Assembly (NCBI GenBank): GCA_951406725.2
Contig: OX597816.1
Coordinates: forward strand, 47,926,001-47,990,000
Source: Octopus vulgaris
Taxonomy: Eukaryota
DNA: 64,000 bases
Reading direction: 5' to 3'
Under the pieces are notes generated by a model. It was not told where the DNA came from. It worked only from the letters and a program-made list of their open reading frames with translations, and did not search any database. Numbering within the stretch: the stretch's first letter is position 1; each line of letters begins with the position of its first letter. Positions 11,535-24,538 of this stretch are shown piece by piece. A program made the position numbers and the translations under genes.

Positions 11535-11930
11535 ATATATACTCATTATATATACAGTGTACATTTAAACACATAAGAGATGGCCATAATCGGACATCTA
11601 AACCGCTAGGAGGAGTTAAAATCCAAACCCCAATTAGGGGTAATTTCGGAAGGAAATGAAAAATAAAAACACTTACCATCTATTTCCTGAACCATGGTTT
11701 CAAGCTATCTTCAGCAATAAAGCTTTGCCCAGCAAATTACTTTATTTGCTGAAGATAGCTTGAAACCATGGTCCAGGAAATAGATGGTAAATGTTTTTAT
11801 TTTTCATTTCCTTTCGAAATTACCCCTAATAATGGTTTGGATTTTAACTCCTTCTAGAGGTTTAGATGTCTAATTATGGCAATCTCTTATGTATTTAAAT
11901 GTACATTGTATATATAATGAATAATATATA
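11535..11930. mobile_element. ~395 bp palindrome: tail-to-tail Penelope-like pseudo-LTR pair
   Basis: Arms 11535-11722 and 11739-11930 are near-perfect reverse complements, flanked by TA-rich sequence. Each arm carries a hammerhead-like core. Confidence 0.8.
11745..11777 (+). ncRNA. Ultra-minimal hammerhead-like motif (C3-G8, GUC site)
   Basis: tttg-CTGAAGA-tagctt-GAAA-ccatgg-TC-cagg. Stem III ACCATGGT is palindromic, and the stem II region is only 6 nt. Confidence 0.55.
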
Positions 11931-12012
11931 GTCTATTGACTAGTTTTTCTATATGCTAGGCCACAGTGGTAAAAAAATTCTAAATAATATTTTACTACTC
12001 TGAAATTTATTA

Positions 12013-12109
<97 letters not shown>

Positions 12110-12403
12110 CGTGTGTGTGTGTGTGTGTATGAAAATTAAATAAATGACAAAGGAACAGGAACTTAGGTAATGAACAGCTGTTTCTGCTATAAGGTGTAGT
12201 GCACTCAGAGCTGAGAGCTTGTGCATCACTTTATAGTTTCTTTGGAGCTTCAAAAATGAAGTGCAAGTGTACTTGAGAAGTCATTTACAAATATAGAGCA
12301 TTTACAGGGTGAAGGATTGGAAGTGGCAGATGAAATGCCTTGTAGCATTTGTCTTTCATCCCTTCAGGGATGCAATTTTCTTGCATTCAAGAAAGCAAAA
12401 TAG

Positions 12404-12459
<56 letters not shown>

Positions 12460-15299
12460 ATTTTCCTTCCTTTGTCATGATGTTCAAAAAGTTGATTTTA
12501 TTGTATGTGGTTATTTTCTTGTCTACTTTTGAATCTACACAGACCCCTACTTAGTGAACCAAAGACCACTACTTGAAAAACATTGAACAAGGGTATCATT
12601 ATATTTTACTGGTTTCAGGGATTTGACAATGGTTATGTTGGAATACCACCTTCCAGTTTATAGTTCATTACATATAAATCCCAGTCGATACTATTTCATT
12701 GGCTTCAGAAGCAAAGATGAAAAGAAAAAAAAAAGAAAAATAACCCGCATGAGATTCGAACAATGAATGTCAAGATATGCAGCCAGGAATTTTGTCTGAT
12801 ATTACACTGATATGGTATTTAATTAAATCAAATGATAATTATTTTATCAAGCATTGAAGGGTGGAAATAAAAGATGACATGCATAGTCTTTGAACAATGA
12901 GTATGAAAATTATGTAGTCAGGTATTTTGTCTAATATTCCACTGATACTAATGTCCATCTGCTATCTTATTCTTGTTTTCATAGAAAAGTAAATGCAAAA
13001 CAATAACAAAGAGAAACATTTCATCTTTTCAAAAATTTGCTCATTATTTTTGAGGTTTCTTGAGGTCACACTGAAAATTTCTTGAACAAAATGGCTAAGT
13101 AGAATGTGATGTAGTATCAGCTCACAAGTCCATAAATGTTGAGTTCAAATTAATCTGCATGCATTTTGTTCAGTATTTGGGAAGGGCATTTGATTCTACA
13201 AAACTCAGTTTATTCCAGTGTTAAGGTTATGTATCAGAAAAGGAAGAAATTTTGACCGATGGCCTATTCAAAGAGAACATTTACTTATCATCTTAGACTG
13301 GACTGACCTACATCAAGCTTGCATCCTATATAAGGGTTTATTAGTCTATGATCCAATTAACAAGATAATGAAGTTATTTAGCAGTATCATTTCACTTCTT
13401 TGACAGAATTGTGCTTCTTTTGTAGCTAACTTTATAATGCTATTCATCATCATCATCATCATCATCATCATCGTCGTTTAACGTCTGATGATGATGATGA
13501 TGGTGAGGATGATGATGATGATGATGCTGATGATGAATAGCTATTAAAATTACTAAGTCTTACTTTTCATTTTGTGGTAATGTCACATTTTATTACATTT
13601 TCCCAGCCATTTTACTCTTAGAAACCCTTGAAAAAGATTCTGTGTTTCAGAAAACTCCTACAAAACAGTAATTATATATCTTTGTAAAGCACATTTCTTT
13701 CTCTTTCATAAACATAAATTTCAAAGAGGATTGAACAAATCTGAAAACTGTCTTTGAAAAGTTTGCTAGTTTTAAATCCATTAAATTCCACAAAGTATGT
13801 TTTAGAAATTTCATTTTAATCAAGAACTTCCTTAAAACAAATCTTCCTACAATTTTTCCCTTAACAAATAAATTTTTTCCCCTGGGGTCTTTTTATTAGC
13901 TAGAGATGCCAGGATTTTCTTAGCTAAGGAATATTTACTGTGCATGTAAAATAAAATTTAAAATATAGAATTAAACACAAAAATGCATTTGTGTATATAT
14001 GCATGTATTATCTATATTATTATATATTATATATATTATTTGCAGATAATTATATATATTTGTATGTAACTATATATATTTTTATGTAATTATATATAAA
14101 TTTGTATATAATTAAACAATTAATTTTAACACTATTTTTCATGGAATCCCTTAATGTTTCTCATGGGACCCTTGGTTTTCAGGGGACCCTGGTTGAGTTA
14201 TATCAGTCTATAATGTGTAGAATGATGAGAAGCTGGCCAAGTGAATAAAAGTTGAGATACTTTCAGTTTGATACAACCTACCACTTACCATCAACAGTTA
14301 TTGCATTACATACAATAAAATTGCATGCTTCTGGTTTTGTTGTCTCTTGTCTATACAATTATTGCATTATAACTAAAACTCGTGTCTATATTCGCAGACA
14401 ATTTTTGTGTCCTTTAAACAACAATTTTTAATTTAATCATTTTCCTGGAAATTTTTTTATATCTTCTTGCATTTCTTTACCATCCATAAACAACAAATGA
14501 CATTAAACGTTATACATTGATGTCAGTATCTGTCAACTAAACGGACACTTTTTATTACCACTTCATATATAGGTTTTATAGCACAGTAAAAAAAAAACTT
14601 GTTTTATTTCTACTTTTCACTTGGTCATTCGATTCTTCAAAAGAGAAGTTATGACATAAGGAAATCGATATTAGTAAAAATGAAAAAAAAATTAAGTAAT
14701 CAATAAAATATAAACTGAGATGGATTGACAGTATAAGTAGTACAAAGAACAAAGCTGTCGTATTTTGAGTGGGTCATTTTGCCAACAAGAAACACACACC
14801 AGTTCTATTTTACTTCTTTTTATTATTGTAAGTCAACAAACTAATTAATTATCCACCTAACTTATCAATTACTTGATTTATAGTTTAATTGATCAATCAG
14901 TTAATTTGTCATCTTTTTGTCGCCACTTGCAACCACATCAATGACCTATCCTTGTTAATCCAAAAATGCAAACTATTTTTATGTATTTGAGGAGAGATGA
15001 GTTGTGATGTTTTAAATAGGTTTTTTTTTTTTTTTTACTTAATTGAGATTATGGCAAATGTATTTATTTTAAGAAATTTATAATAATCACTAGCTGACAC
15101 TGTGCCATCAAAAATGACAGCTAATTGTAGTATCTTATATATAAATAAGGTATAAAATAAGGTACATAATAACCACAGATACAAACATTCACATACTTCC
15201 TTTGTACATGCACACACATACAAATATATATTCAAACAGAGTTGAAATGCTGTTTGATTTTTCTTTTCAGCATTGAACATTCACCATCGCATTTCCATT

Positions 15300-15333
<34 letters not shown>

Positions 15334-15780
15334 TCACATACCTCCCTTTTACATACACACACATATACTCCCTCACAGTTGAAACGCTGACTTTTTTCAC
15401 CCCTTCCTTTCTTCATTACTATTACTTTCTCTTACTCTCTCTCAGTCAGGGGCCATTATTCTCACTACTTCTCCTTCACTGAATTACTATTTTCTCTCCT
15501 CTTCCTTCACTTATACTACTCTTTCTCCTACTCCTACTCCTACTCTGTGATTTTGGACATATATATATATATAGATATATATATATATATACATATGTTA
15601 AATACTATTGGATTTTACTCAAAAGGTATTGGAATCTTATATATATATATCGTTCTGCCTAAAAAAATGGATCTACAAATGCAATATCCATACATATCTC
15701 ACATCTATTTTCTTTTATTTCCTCCACCTCACTCTCTATTTTATACCTTATCTAAATTAACTATTTCTTAACCATCCTCT

Positions 15781-15885
15781 CACTCCATCTGCGATGAAGC
15801 CTTATAATAAATATCCTGGAAACAGCTGTAAGACCTATCTATAAATGTTCTAAAATCTACACAGCCTTGGTTTTCTATCTCATTA
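15781..15885 (+). mobile_element. Penelope-like pseudo-LTR fragment with decayed hammerhead
   Basis: tct-gcgatga-...-GAAA-cagctg-TA-aga (15788-15833), with palindromic ACAGCTGT. Confidence 0.45.
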
Positions 15886-15889
15886 CCAC

Positions 15890-16312
15890 ACAGGAGTGGC
15901 TGTGTGGTAAGTAGCTTGCTTACCAACCACATGGTTCTGGGTTCAGTCCCACTGCATGGCACCTTGGGCAAGTGTCTTCTACTATAGCCTCGGACAGACC
16001 AAAGCCTTGTGAGTGGATTTGGTAGACGAACTTGAAAGAAGCCCGTCGCATATATGTATATGTATATATATATGTATGTGTGTGTATATGTTTGTGTGTG
16101 TGTATATGTTTGTGTATCTGTGTTTGTCCCCCCCAACATCACTTGACAACTAATGGCGGTGTGTTTACATCCCCGTAATCTAGCAGTTCAGCAAAGGAGA
16201 CTGATAGAATAAGTACTAGGCTTACAAAGAATAAGTCCTGGGGGCGATTTGCTCGGCTAAAGGCGGTGCTCCAGCATGACCACAGTCAAATGACTGAAAC
16301 AAGTAAAAGAGA
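15890..16312 (+). mobile_element. Family A SINE, near full length
   Basis: Head with A/B boxes, CORE-like segment, internal microsatellite and tail gtcaaatgactgaaacaagtaaaaga. Confidence 0.9.
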
Positions 16313-16564
16313 GTGCTGGCCATTATTTCTATAGAATATCTGTAGAGTTAACCTTAAGTGTTTTGAATATATGCATTAAGGTCAAGGACTTTGAAAGAAC
16401 ATTTCAAGGTTGCTTTTACCCCTATCCAACCTTAGAATTTATCCTCCCAAAATTCAATTTTTCTTTTGTTCAACTGTGGGTCCATTTAGATATTCATATG
16501 CCATTTGTGGCTTTCTGGATCTTTAACCAATCTACTGGTTGAACCCTAATCTTACAGGTCTTGA

Positions 16565-16910
16565 TTAAGGCAGTGGACTAGCAGAAACAATAGAGTCCTG
16601 AACAAAATATCCTGTGTTATTTAGTTATAATTCTTTATGTTCTGATTTTGAATCTGTCCAAAGTTAAGTTCACCTTTCATCTTTTCGGAGTTGATATAAG
16701 AAGTGCCAGTAAGGCAGCAAGCTGGCAGAATTGTTAGCACACCAGCCAAAATGCTTGGCAGCATTTCATCTTTCTTCATATTTTGAGTTCAAATCCCACT
16801 AAGGTCAGCTTTGCCTTTCATCTTTGCAGGGTCGACAAAATAAGCACCAGTCAATGTAATCGACTTCTCTTTTCCCCAAAATTGCTGGCCTTGTGCCAAA
16901 ATTTGGAATT
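16565..16910 (+). mobile_element. Two tandem diverged family B SINEs
   Basis: Heads at ~16567 and ~16711, each followed by a cctttcatc...gat/caaa..ccag core. Confidence 0.75.
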
Positions 16911-17833
16911 GGCATAAGAAGTGCTAGGGTTAGATAAGAGCAGAGAGTTGATGTAATCAGGTGTAAACTGATGCATGTCACCTTGAGTATGATGGATTAG
17001 CTTGCTGTTCGGTAATGGGCAGTTAGTGAATAATGTACACCTGCATAAACCTGCAATTGCTGCAAGAAAAGGATGTAGTCAAAAGATATGCAACATAAGT
17101 ATGTGCTATTATTATGCTGTCCAATTAAAAAAAATATATATTTATGTTGCAAATGTTCTAAATTTGTAAGCTGTTACCGTTGCTGAAAGCTGGAATATTT
17201 GATGTTAATTAGATTACACTGCTCATGAAAGATCTGAGTTTCCTTCATATGAAGAAAGCAAACGAATGAAAAAGGAATTGCCAAACATTTGAAGGAGTCG
17301 GAAGTTTTCTTTGCAAGGCTAAAGTTGGGTATGATGACGATCTAGTTATTTTTAACTTCACAATTTATTTTTTACCGACATTTTAGACCTTTTAACACAA
17401 GTGTCAAATTGCATTTCTAACAGTTACTAAGAATACTTTTCGCGAAGCCTTAGATCAGCAAATAAAGAGAGCAAGGACATCAAAATGGGGGAGAAACGGT
17501 ATAAAGGAAGATAGAAAATAACACTGTTGCTTCTTACAGACAGGAAGTTTTTAATTTTTGCTGAGCAAAACAGAAATTTAATTCCAAGCTCATTAATATT
17601 CATCAAAGTGCATGTCTCTGTATTTTATTTATTTTAGTCAATGGAGTGTGGCCATGCTGGGGCACTGCCTTGAAAGGTTTAGTCAAACAAATCACCACAA
17701 TACTTATTTTTGTTAAGACTGGTACTTATTCTATTGATCTCTTTTGTTGAACTGCTAAGTTATGAGAATGTAAATAAACAAACACCAGTTGTCAAGTGGT
17801 TTTGAGGGACAAACACAGATGTGCACTAACAAA

Positions 17834-17867
<34 letters not shown>

Positions 17868-17868
<1 letters not shown>

Positions 17869-18484
17869 TCTTTTATTTATTCCAGTCATTTGACTGCGGC
17901 CATGCTGGAGCACCACCTTAAAGGATTTTAGTCGAAGAAATTGAGCTCAGGACTTATTCTTTGTAAGCCTAGTACTTATCCTATCAGTCCTTTGCTGAAC
18001 CACTAAGTTACAGGGAGGTGAACACACCAACATCGGTTGTCAAGCAATGGTGAGTAGGGGGGAGCAACACAGATACAAATATATACACATATATATTCTT
18101 TTCTATTCGAGGTTGAACTAATTGATCTGGGCCAGTCAATAAGATCAACCCCAGTATGTAACTGGTACTTAATTTATCGACCATGAAAGGATGAAAGGCA
18201 AAGTCGACCTTGATGGAATTTGAACTCAGAACATAAAGACAGATGAAATACCGTTAAGCATTTTGCCTGGCATATTAATGTTTCTGCCAGTTCGCCACCT
18301 TATATATACACACACATATATACGATGGTCTTGTTTCAGCTTCTGTCTACCAAATCCAATCTCAAAGCTTTGGTTGGTCTAAGGTTATAGTAGAAGACAC
18401 TTGCCCAAGGTGCCACACAGCAGGACTGCACCCAGATCCATGTGGTTGGGAAGCAAGCTTCTTACTACATAGATATTCCTGCAC

Positions 18485-18487
<3 letters not shown>
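17868..18487 (-). mobile_element. Family A SINE with a family B SINE (~18115-18302) nested in its internal microsatellite
   Basis: A tail and body at 17868-18095, B copy in reverse, A head at 18305-18487. Confidence 0.8.
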
Positions 18488-18519
<32 letters not shown>

Positions 18520-18584
18520 CATTTATATACAGCCATCTAAGAATGTATAAGTCAGGAAAAAATGCACTCGTATATTTGTCAGTA

Positions 18585-18910
18585 GAGTGGGTACCCCTTT
18601 TATCATGGGACTGTGCCTAGAAAGTTCCCCTCCAAGGCACAAGTCTGGGAAAACTGTTTATTGAAGACCAGCAGTCGTCCATGCCTACCAGCCTCCCCTC
18701 TCTACACCACCAATGTTATCCAAAGGAAAAGCAAAGGCCAATACAGCTTGTTATCAGTGACATTGCAACTCATTTCTACAGCTGAGTGAACTGGAGCAAC
18801 GTGAAATAAAGTGTCTTGCTCAAGAACACAACACGCAGCCTGGTCTTGGAATTGAACTCACAACCTCAAAATCGTAAACTTGACACTCTAACCACTGAGC
18901 CATGTGCCTA
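18585..18910 (-). mobile_element. Family C SINE, near full length
   Basis: Reverse complement begins gcacatggctcagtggttagagtg...gagttcaattcc...ttcttgagcaagacacttt (A box, B box, CORE-like). Confidence 0.8.
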
Positions 18911-19823
18911 CATCATTATTTATTCACCATTGTTTCATTTGCTAATCAGAGTTACAAAATTGTCCATGTAGGAGAAATATGTAAGATATCTGCTGTTGGA
19001 AATCTTTCAGACAGAATCAAATAATGATTAGAGATAGGGAATGAGCTGTGGGCAGAGGATATCAGTTTAGCAGAGAGGGAAGTGAAGGAAATAGGGTAAA
19101 ATAAAAGATTGATGGAAGAGTGGGTGTCAGAAGATGAGTTGTTGGGGATGGCTTGGCAGAACTGAAATTCTACTGAGATGGATGGGGCTTTACAAGCAAA
19201 GTATATGTGCTTTTGTGTCTCTGTTTGCCACCCCTATTTCTTCTCATTGCTTGACAACAAGTGTCGGTTTGTTTGCCTCCCTTTTAATTAGCCATTGGCA
19301 AAATAGAATGTTAAAAATAAGTAACAGACTTAAACAAAAAAAAAAACCCCACATAAATACCAAAATCAATCTGTTTGACTAAAACTTTTGAAAGCGGTAC
19401 CCCATTATGGCTGCAGTCCAATGACTGGAACAAGTAAAAGATAAAAGATTAAAATAAAGGACTACAAAAACAATAAAACCCACCCCCAAAAAATCACAGC
19501 TCCAATCACTTCTGCATGCAATACCACATTCCTTAATTTTCTGTATCAATTTCACATTTCTTTATCTAATTTTCACCGACGCTGTTTTCAGTTTTTACCT
19601 GGAGATACGAAACCAGGTAATTAGCACAGATGTTTTATTTTAAATTCATTAGCCTTCTTTTTGCATAGCTTTGTGAAAGTTTATTTATGTAATTTTTATC
19701 TTTTGTTTTGTCTCCAAATAGCCATTAGAACAACAGGTGTAACAAATTGTCATACTTCAAAAGGCAATGTGTATGCTAAATATGTATGAATGCATCTGAA
19801 TGTATATATTTATATTTATATAT

Positions 19824-19857
<34 letters not shown>

Positions 19858-19956
19858 ATGTATGTATGTATATGTGTGTGTATCTACATAAATATGCAGA
19901 TATGCATGTGCATACATATGCATGTGTGTGCATATATATGGATGTGTATGTATGTG

Positions 19957-20006
<50 letters not shown>

Positions 20007-20194
20007 TAAAAACGGTAAGATAACGAAAGAAAGAGACCTCAATATTATGTTAATATATATATATATATGTATACAGATATATTTATATATATATATACAT
20101 GCGAGTATATACATACTATATACACATGTGAGTAGCTGTGCACATTTTAGAGTAACTGCAAATGAAATAGTGAAAACATACATATGCACTTGAA

Positions 20195-20342
20195 TACAGA
20201 TAGACAATAGATAGATAAATAACTATGTAGATAAATAGATGCATAGATAAATAGATAGCTAGATTGACAGACAGACAGACAAACAAACAGATAGATAGAC
20301 TGACAGGCAGACAGACATAGATAGATAGATAAACACACAGAT

Positions 20343-20417
<75 letters not shown>

Positions 20418-20470
20418 CAGATAGATAGAAAGACAGACAGACAGACAGACAAATAGACAGATCGATAAAC

Positions 20471-20508
<38 letters not shown>

Positions 20509-20509
20509 C

Positions 20510-20571
<62 letters not shown>
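20195..20571. repeat. (GATA)n/(GACA)n microsatellite
   Basis: Direct inspection. Confidence 0.95.
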
Positions 20572-20797
20572 TTAATAGGTACTTGTATACTCATCTTCAA
20601 AACAGATACAATATATATCTATCTGCATACATAACTAGCTTGCACACAGACATGCACTTACGTACAACACCCTCTGAGACACACCTTTAAAGATATATTT
20701 CCTTTTAAAAAAAGTGCTTGTTACAATAGATCCAATTAATTATTATGAATATTGAAACTTCATATAAAACATTCACAAATAGTAAAATATGTGTGTT

Positions 20798-20845
<48 letters not shown>

Positions 20846-20875
20846 CACACACACACACACACAATATATATATAT

Positions 20876-20928
<53 letters not shown>

Positions 20929-21442
20929 CACATATATGCATGCATGTTTGTGTGTGTATTTGCATGTATATACATTATATAATAAGTGTGTGTATGTGTA
21001 TGTATATATGTATGTGTGTGTATATATATATATATACACGCACACACGCACTCACATGCATACACATGCGCACACATGTATGCACACACACATACACACA
21101 CACACTCATATATACTTCGTGAGATACTGTTGAAGTGTACTTTATGCAAAATTCACCTATTTTTAATAATTAATTAGAAGCCATTGTAAGAACATGTTTT
21201 AAAAATATTTGTTTAGAGGTGTGTCGATTAAAATTTTAGGTGTTGGTATATATCCAGGACAAAGCATCATTTACACTGGAAAAATACTGAGTAATAATGT
21301 AAAACCTCATGGGCCAACAGCATTGCCACTATACGGCCAGTCGTTCTGCTAGAAATAACAACCAAATCTCATGCCAGTGACACTGTTGTATAAGGAAGAT
21401 GCAGAAGGATGTGCTTGATAATGTAGTTCTAGAAACCATTAA

Positions 21443-21663
21443 CCCTTTTGTTACCAACCCGGCTGAAACTCGCTCTGGCTCTGTAGTACAAATGTCTTGT
21501 ATTCAAAAGTTTTGAATTAAAATCTTCCACCAAACCTTTGCCACAATTTATGTTCCTAACACTAGCTTAATGATAACTAAGTTATTTTACAAAATTCTTT
21601 GTTATATTTAAAATAATTGAAAGACACACAGAGCATCTCAAAATAAATACGGTAGCGAAAGGG
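21443..21663. mobile_element. piggyBac-type MITE
   Basis: TTAA at 21439-42 and 21664-67; TIRs cccttttgttacc / ggtagcgaaaggg. Second copy at 28758-28977. Confidence 0.9.
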
Positions 21664-21879
21664 TTAAATGGCAGAGTATGGTCATTGCCTGACTGTCTTT
21701 GATTATAGGTGCGACTGGCTGGAGTTGACTTGGGGCTAAACAGCAACTATAACTCTAGTAACACTAGCATCATCATCATCAATAACAACAACAACAACAG
21801 CAGCAGTAACAACAGAAATATCGACAACAATTGCAGAAACAGCAACGGCTATGACAATAACAACTACAACACCAATAAC

Positions 21880-22362
21880 AGTCATTTCTACATTAGATCC
21901 ATGGGCTGGAATTTTGATGGATGAAATGCCACTAAGCATTATCGACTAGCTCGCCCCCCCCCAATACACAACTGGTACTTAATTTGTTGATCCTGAAAGG
22001 ATGAAAGACAAAGTTGATCTTGGCAGAATTTGAACTCAGAACGTAGCTGCAGATGAAATACCTCTAAGCTTTCTGCCCAGTGCACTAATGATTCTACCAG
22101 CTTGCTACCTTAACAACAATAATAATAATAATAATAATAATAATAATTCTTTTCTGCTCTAGGTACAAGGCTCAAACCTTTGGGGAACAGAGCCAGTCGA
22201 TTAGATTGACCCCAGTATGCAACTGGTACTTAATTATTCGATCCTGAAAGGATGAAAGGTAAAGTCGACCTCGGCGGAATTTGAACTCAGAACATAAAGA
22301 CAGATGAAATACTGCTAAGCATTTCACCCAGCATGTTAATGATTCTGCCAGCTCACTGCCTT
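21880..22362 (-). mobile_element. Cluster of family B SINEs
   Basis: Reverse-oriented ctggtacttaat...gaaaggatgaaag...ggaatttgaactcagaac at ~21970-22112 and ~22145-22362. Confidence 0.8.
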
Positions 22363-22386
22363 AACAATAACAACAACAACAACAAC

Positions 22387-22420
<34 letters not shown>

Positions 22421-22421
<1 letters not shown>

Positions 22422-22831
22422 GACCGGATATAGTTGTCAGAGATCATGAAGAAAAAAATGCTTTCTAATTGATGTATCAATACCGGCAGATGACAACGTG
22501 TCTCTAAAAGAAATGGAGAAACTCTCAAAATACAAAGACCTGGAAATAGAGGTAACTAGAATGTGGAATCTGAAAACAGAAACAATTCCTATCATAGTAG
22601 ATGCATTAGGCATGATAAAAAAATATTCAGACAAATACATAACAAAAACACCAGGACTTACAAACACATATAACATACAGAAAATTGCACTACTAGGCAC
22701 TGCACACATCCTATGCAGAACACTTTCCATACAATAACCATCAGAGCATCACAACAAATCACAGCACATACCCAAGGCACACAGAGCTGCGCTCGGTAGT
22801 GAAGTGAAAGCACACTATAAAAATAAAACTA

Positions 22832-22836
<5 letters not shown>
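22421..22836 (+). mobile_element. R4/Dong-clade non-LTR retrotransposon, 5'-truncated (restriction-like endonuclease domain + 3' UTR)
   Basis: RPDIVVRD..(fs)CFLIDVSIPADDNVSLKEMEKLSKYKDL...IPIIVDALG...LLGTAHIL, a PD-(D/E)xK-type motif. (TAA)n on both sides. Confidence 0.85.
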
Positions 22837-22881
<45 letters not shown>

Positions 22882-22899
22882 TGATGATGATCATCATCA

Positions 22900-23210
22900 T
22901 CATCATCATCATCATTTAGCGTCCGTTTTCCATGCTAGCATGGGTTGGACGGTTATTTTATGTGCCACCGACACAGGTGCCAGACGAGGCTGGCGAACGG
23001 CCACGCTCGGATGGTGTTTTTTATGTGCCACCGACACTGACTACGTTGCCGGGTCTTTGGATGGTGTTTTTATGTGCCACCGACACAGGTGCCAGGTGAG
23101 GCTGGCGAACGGCCACGATCAGATGGTGTTTGTTGTGACCACAGTCATAAGTGTCACAAGAAGGAAGGTATGCACAGGACTGACTACGTCCCAGGTCGGG
23201 GCCACGGGTT
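22900..23210 (-). mobile_element. RTE-type short non-autonomous retroposon with internal tandem repeats
   Basis: (CAT)n-ttagcgtccgttttccatgctagcatgggttggacgg terminus and three copies of tttttatgtgccaccgacac. Confidence 0.65.
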
Positions 23211-23249
23211 ATGATGATAATAATAATAATAATAATGATTATAATAATA

Positions 23250-23465
23250 ATGGTTTCAAGTTTTGCCACAAGGGCAGCAATTTTGGGGGAGGGGATGAGT
23301 CGATTACATTGATCTCAGGGTTCAAATGGTACTTATTTTATCGACCCCAAAAGGATGAAAATTAAAGTCAACCTAGGCAGAATTTGAACTCGGAACATAG
23401 CAGCAGATGAAATACCACTAAGCATTTCACCTGGCATGCTAAAGATTCCGCTGGCTGACTACCTT
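23250..23465 (-). mobile_element. Family B SINE
   Basis: Reverse core and head motifs. Confidence 0.8.
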
Positions 23466-24069
23466 AACAACAATAACAACGACATCAATACCAATGACAG
23501 CAACAACAACAACAACATTAACAACCACCAGCAACAACAACAACAATAGCAGCAGCAGCAACAACTGTTGTTATAGCAAAGCAATAATTAAAGCAACAAA
23601 CAATTACAACAATAACAACAGCAACGTGGACAGGAATATCTGAAATCCTAAATAAAATAATGGACATTCAGTGCAAGAAGACTTCTGAAGCTATTTTGGT
23701 TTATAAAAACATATCCTGTCATCAGAAGTGAAGTATTAGATAGGGAGGTGGTGTTGGAAGAATGTGACAGCTGGGGTTTCATTATATCAATAAAGTTAAT
23801 GCCTGATGCACTGGACTATCTCACATAAACACACATACACGCACATAAAGGAGAAAATAATTTATTCTTAGTTTAATTTAAATTTATCACTTAATTGCAG
23901 AAAGAAAATAGACACATCATGATGGTAATTGTTAGAGACTCTCTAAGAAGCTTGCTTCCCAACTACAGGATTTGGGCTTCTGTCCCACTACCTGGCATCA
24001 TGGGCAAGTGTCTTCTGCTATAACCATGGGCAACAAAGCATTTTACATATATATATACATACATAAATA

Positions 24070-24460
24070 CATACATATATATACATACCTACATCTATAT
24101 GTATATATACATGCATATATGGATACAGGACATCAACAAAACGTTGAACACAATGAGAAACGAAAACATAAAAACAAAAACATGGAAATGAACTTTTTTC
24201 AAACAACGGAAAAAATGAGTACAAGACATACAACACAAGGAATATTGCCCTTCTTCAGTTGTCCCTGTTTCGTCTACTCCACGTTTCGAAGGTTACCTGT
24301 TTTTTTGTTGTGTGAAAAAAAGTTCGTTTACATGTTTTTGTATTTATGTTTTCGTTTCTCATTGTGTTCAACGTTTTATTCGATGTCCCGTACCCATATA
24401 TGCATGTATATATACATGTAGATGTAGGTATGTACATATATGTATGTATATATGCATATA
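24070..24460. mobile_element. Palindromic Penelope-like pseudo-LTR pair
   Basis: Arms ~24070-24215 and ~24298-24460 are reverse complements. The asymmetric centre has CTGAAGA and CGAAACG on the minus strand. Confidence 0.7.
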
Positions 24461-24538
24461 TTTATATATCATTTATATTATTATATGATCGAACGCCATG
24501 CATCCTTTTCCAAGTATATACAGTATATATATATAATA

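Noticed and set aside
17213-17292. Possible terminal exon DYTAHERSEFPSYEESKRMKKELPNI*
   Set aside because: Weak acceptor and no recognisable homology.
19595-19622. ttacctgg-agatacgaaa-ccaggtaa hairpin as a hammerhead
   Set aside because: The core CTGGAGA is mismatched at A6, there is no stem II or stem I, and a simple hairpin explains it.
22955-23135. Spaced ~20-30 bp direct repeats resembling a CRISPR array (also 26811-26905 and 52880-52962)
   Set aside because: The context is eukaryotic, the spacers are related to each other, there are no cas genes, and the repeats are internal to mobile elements.
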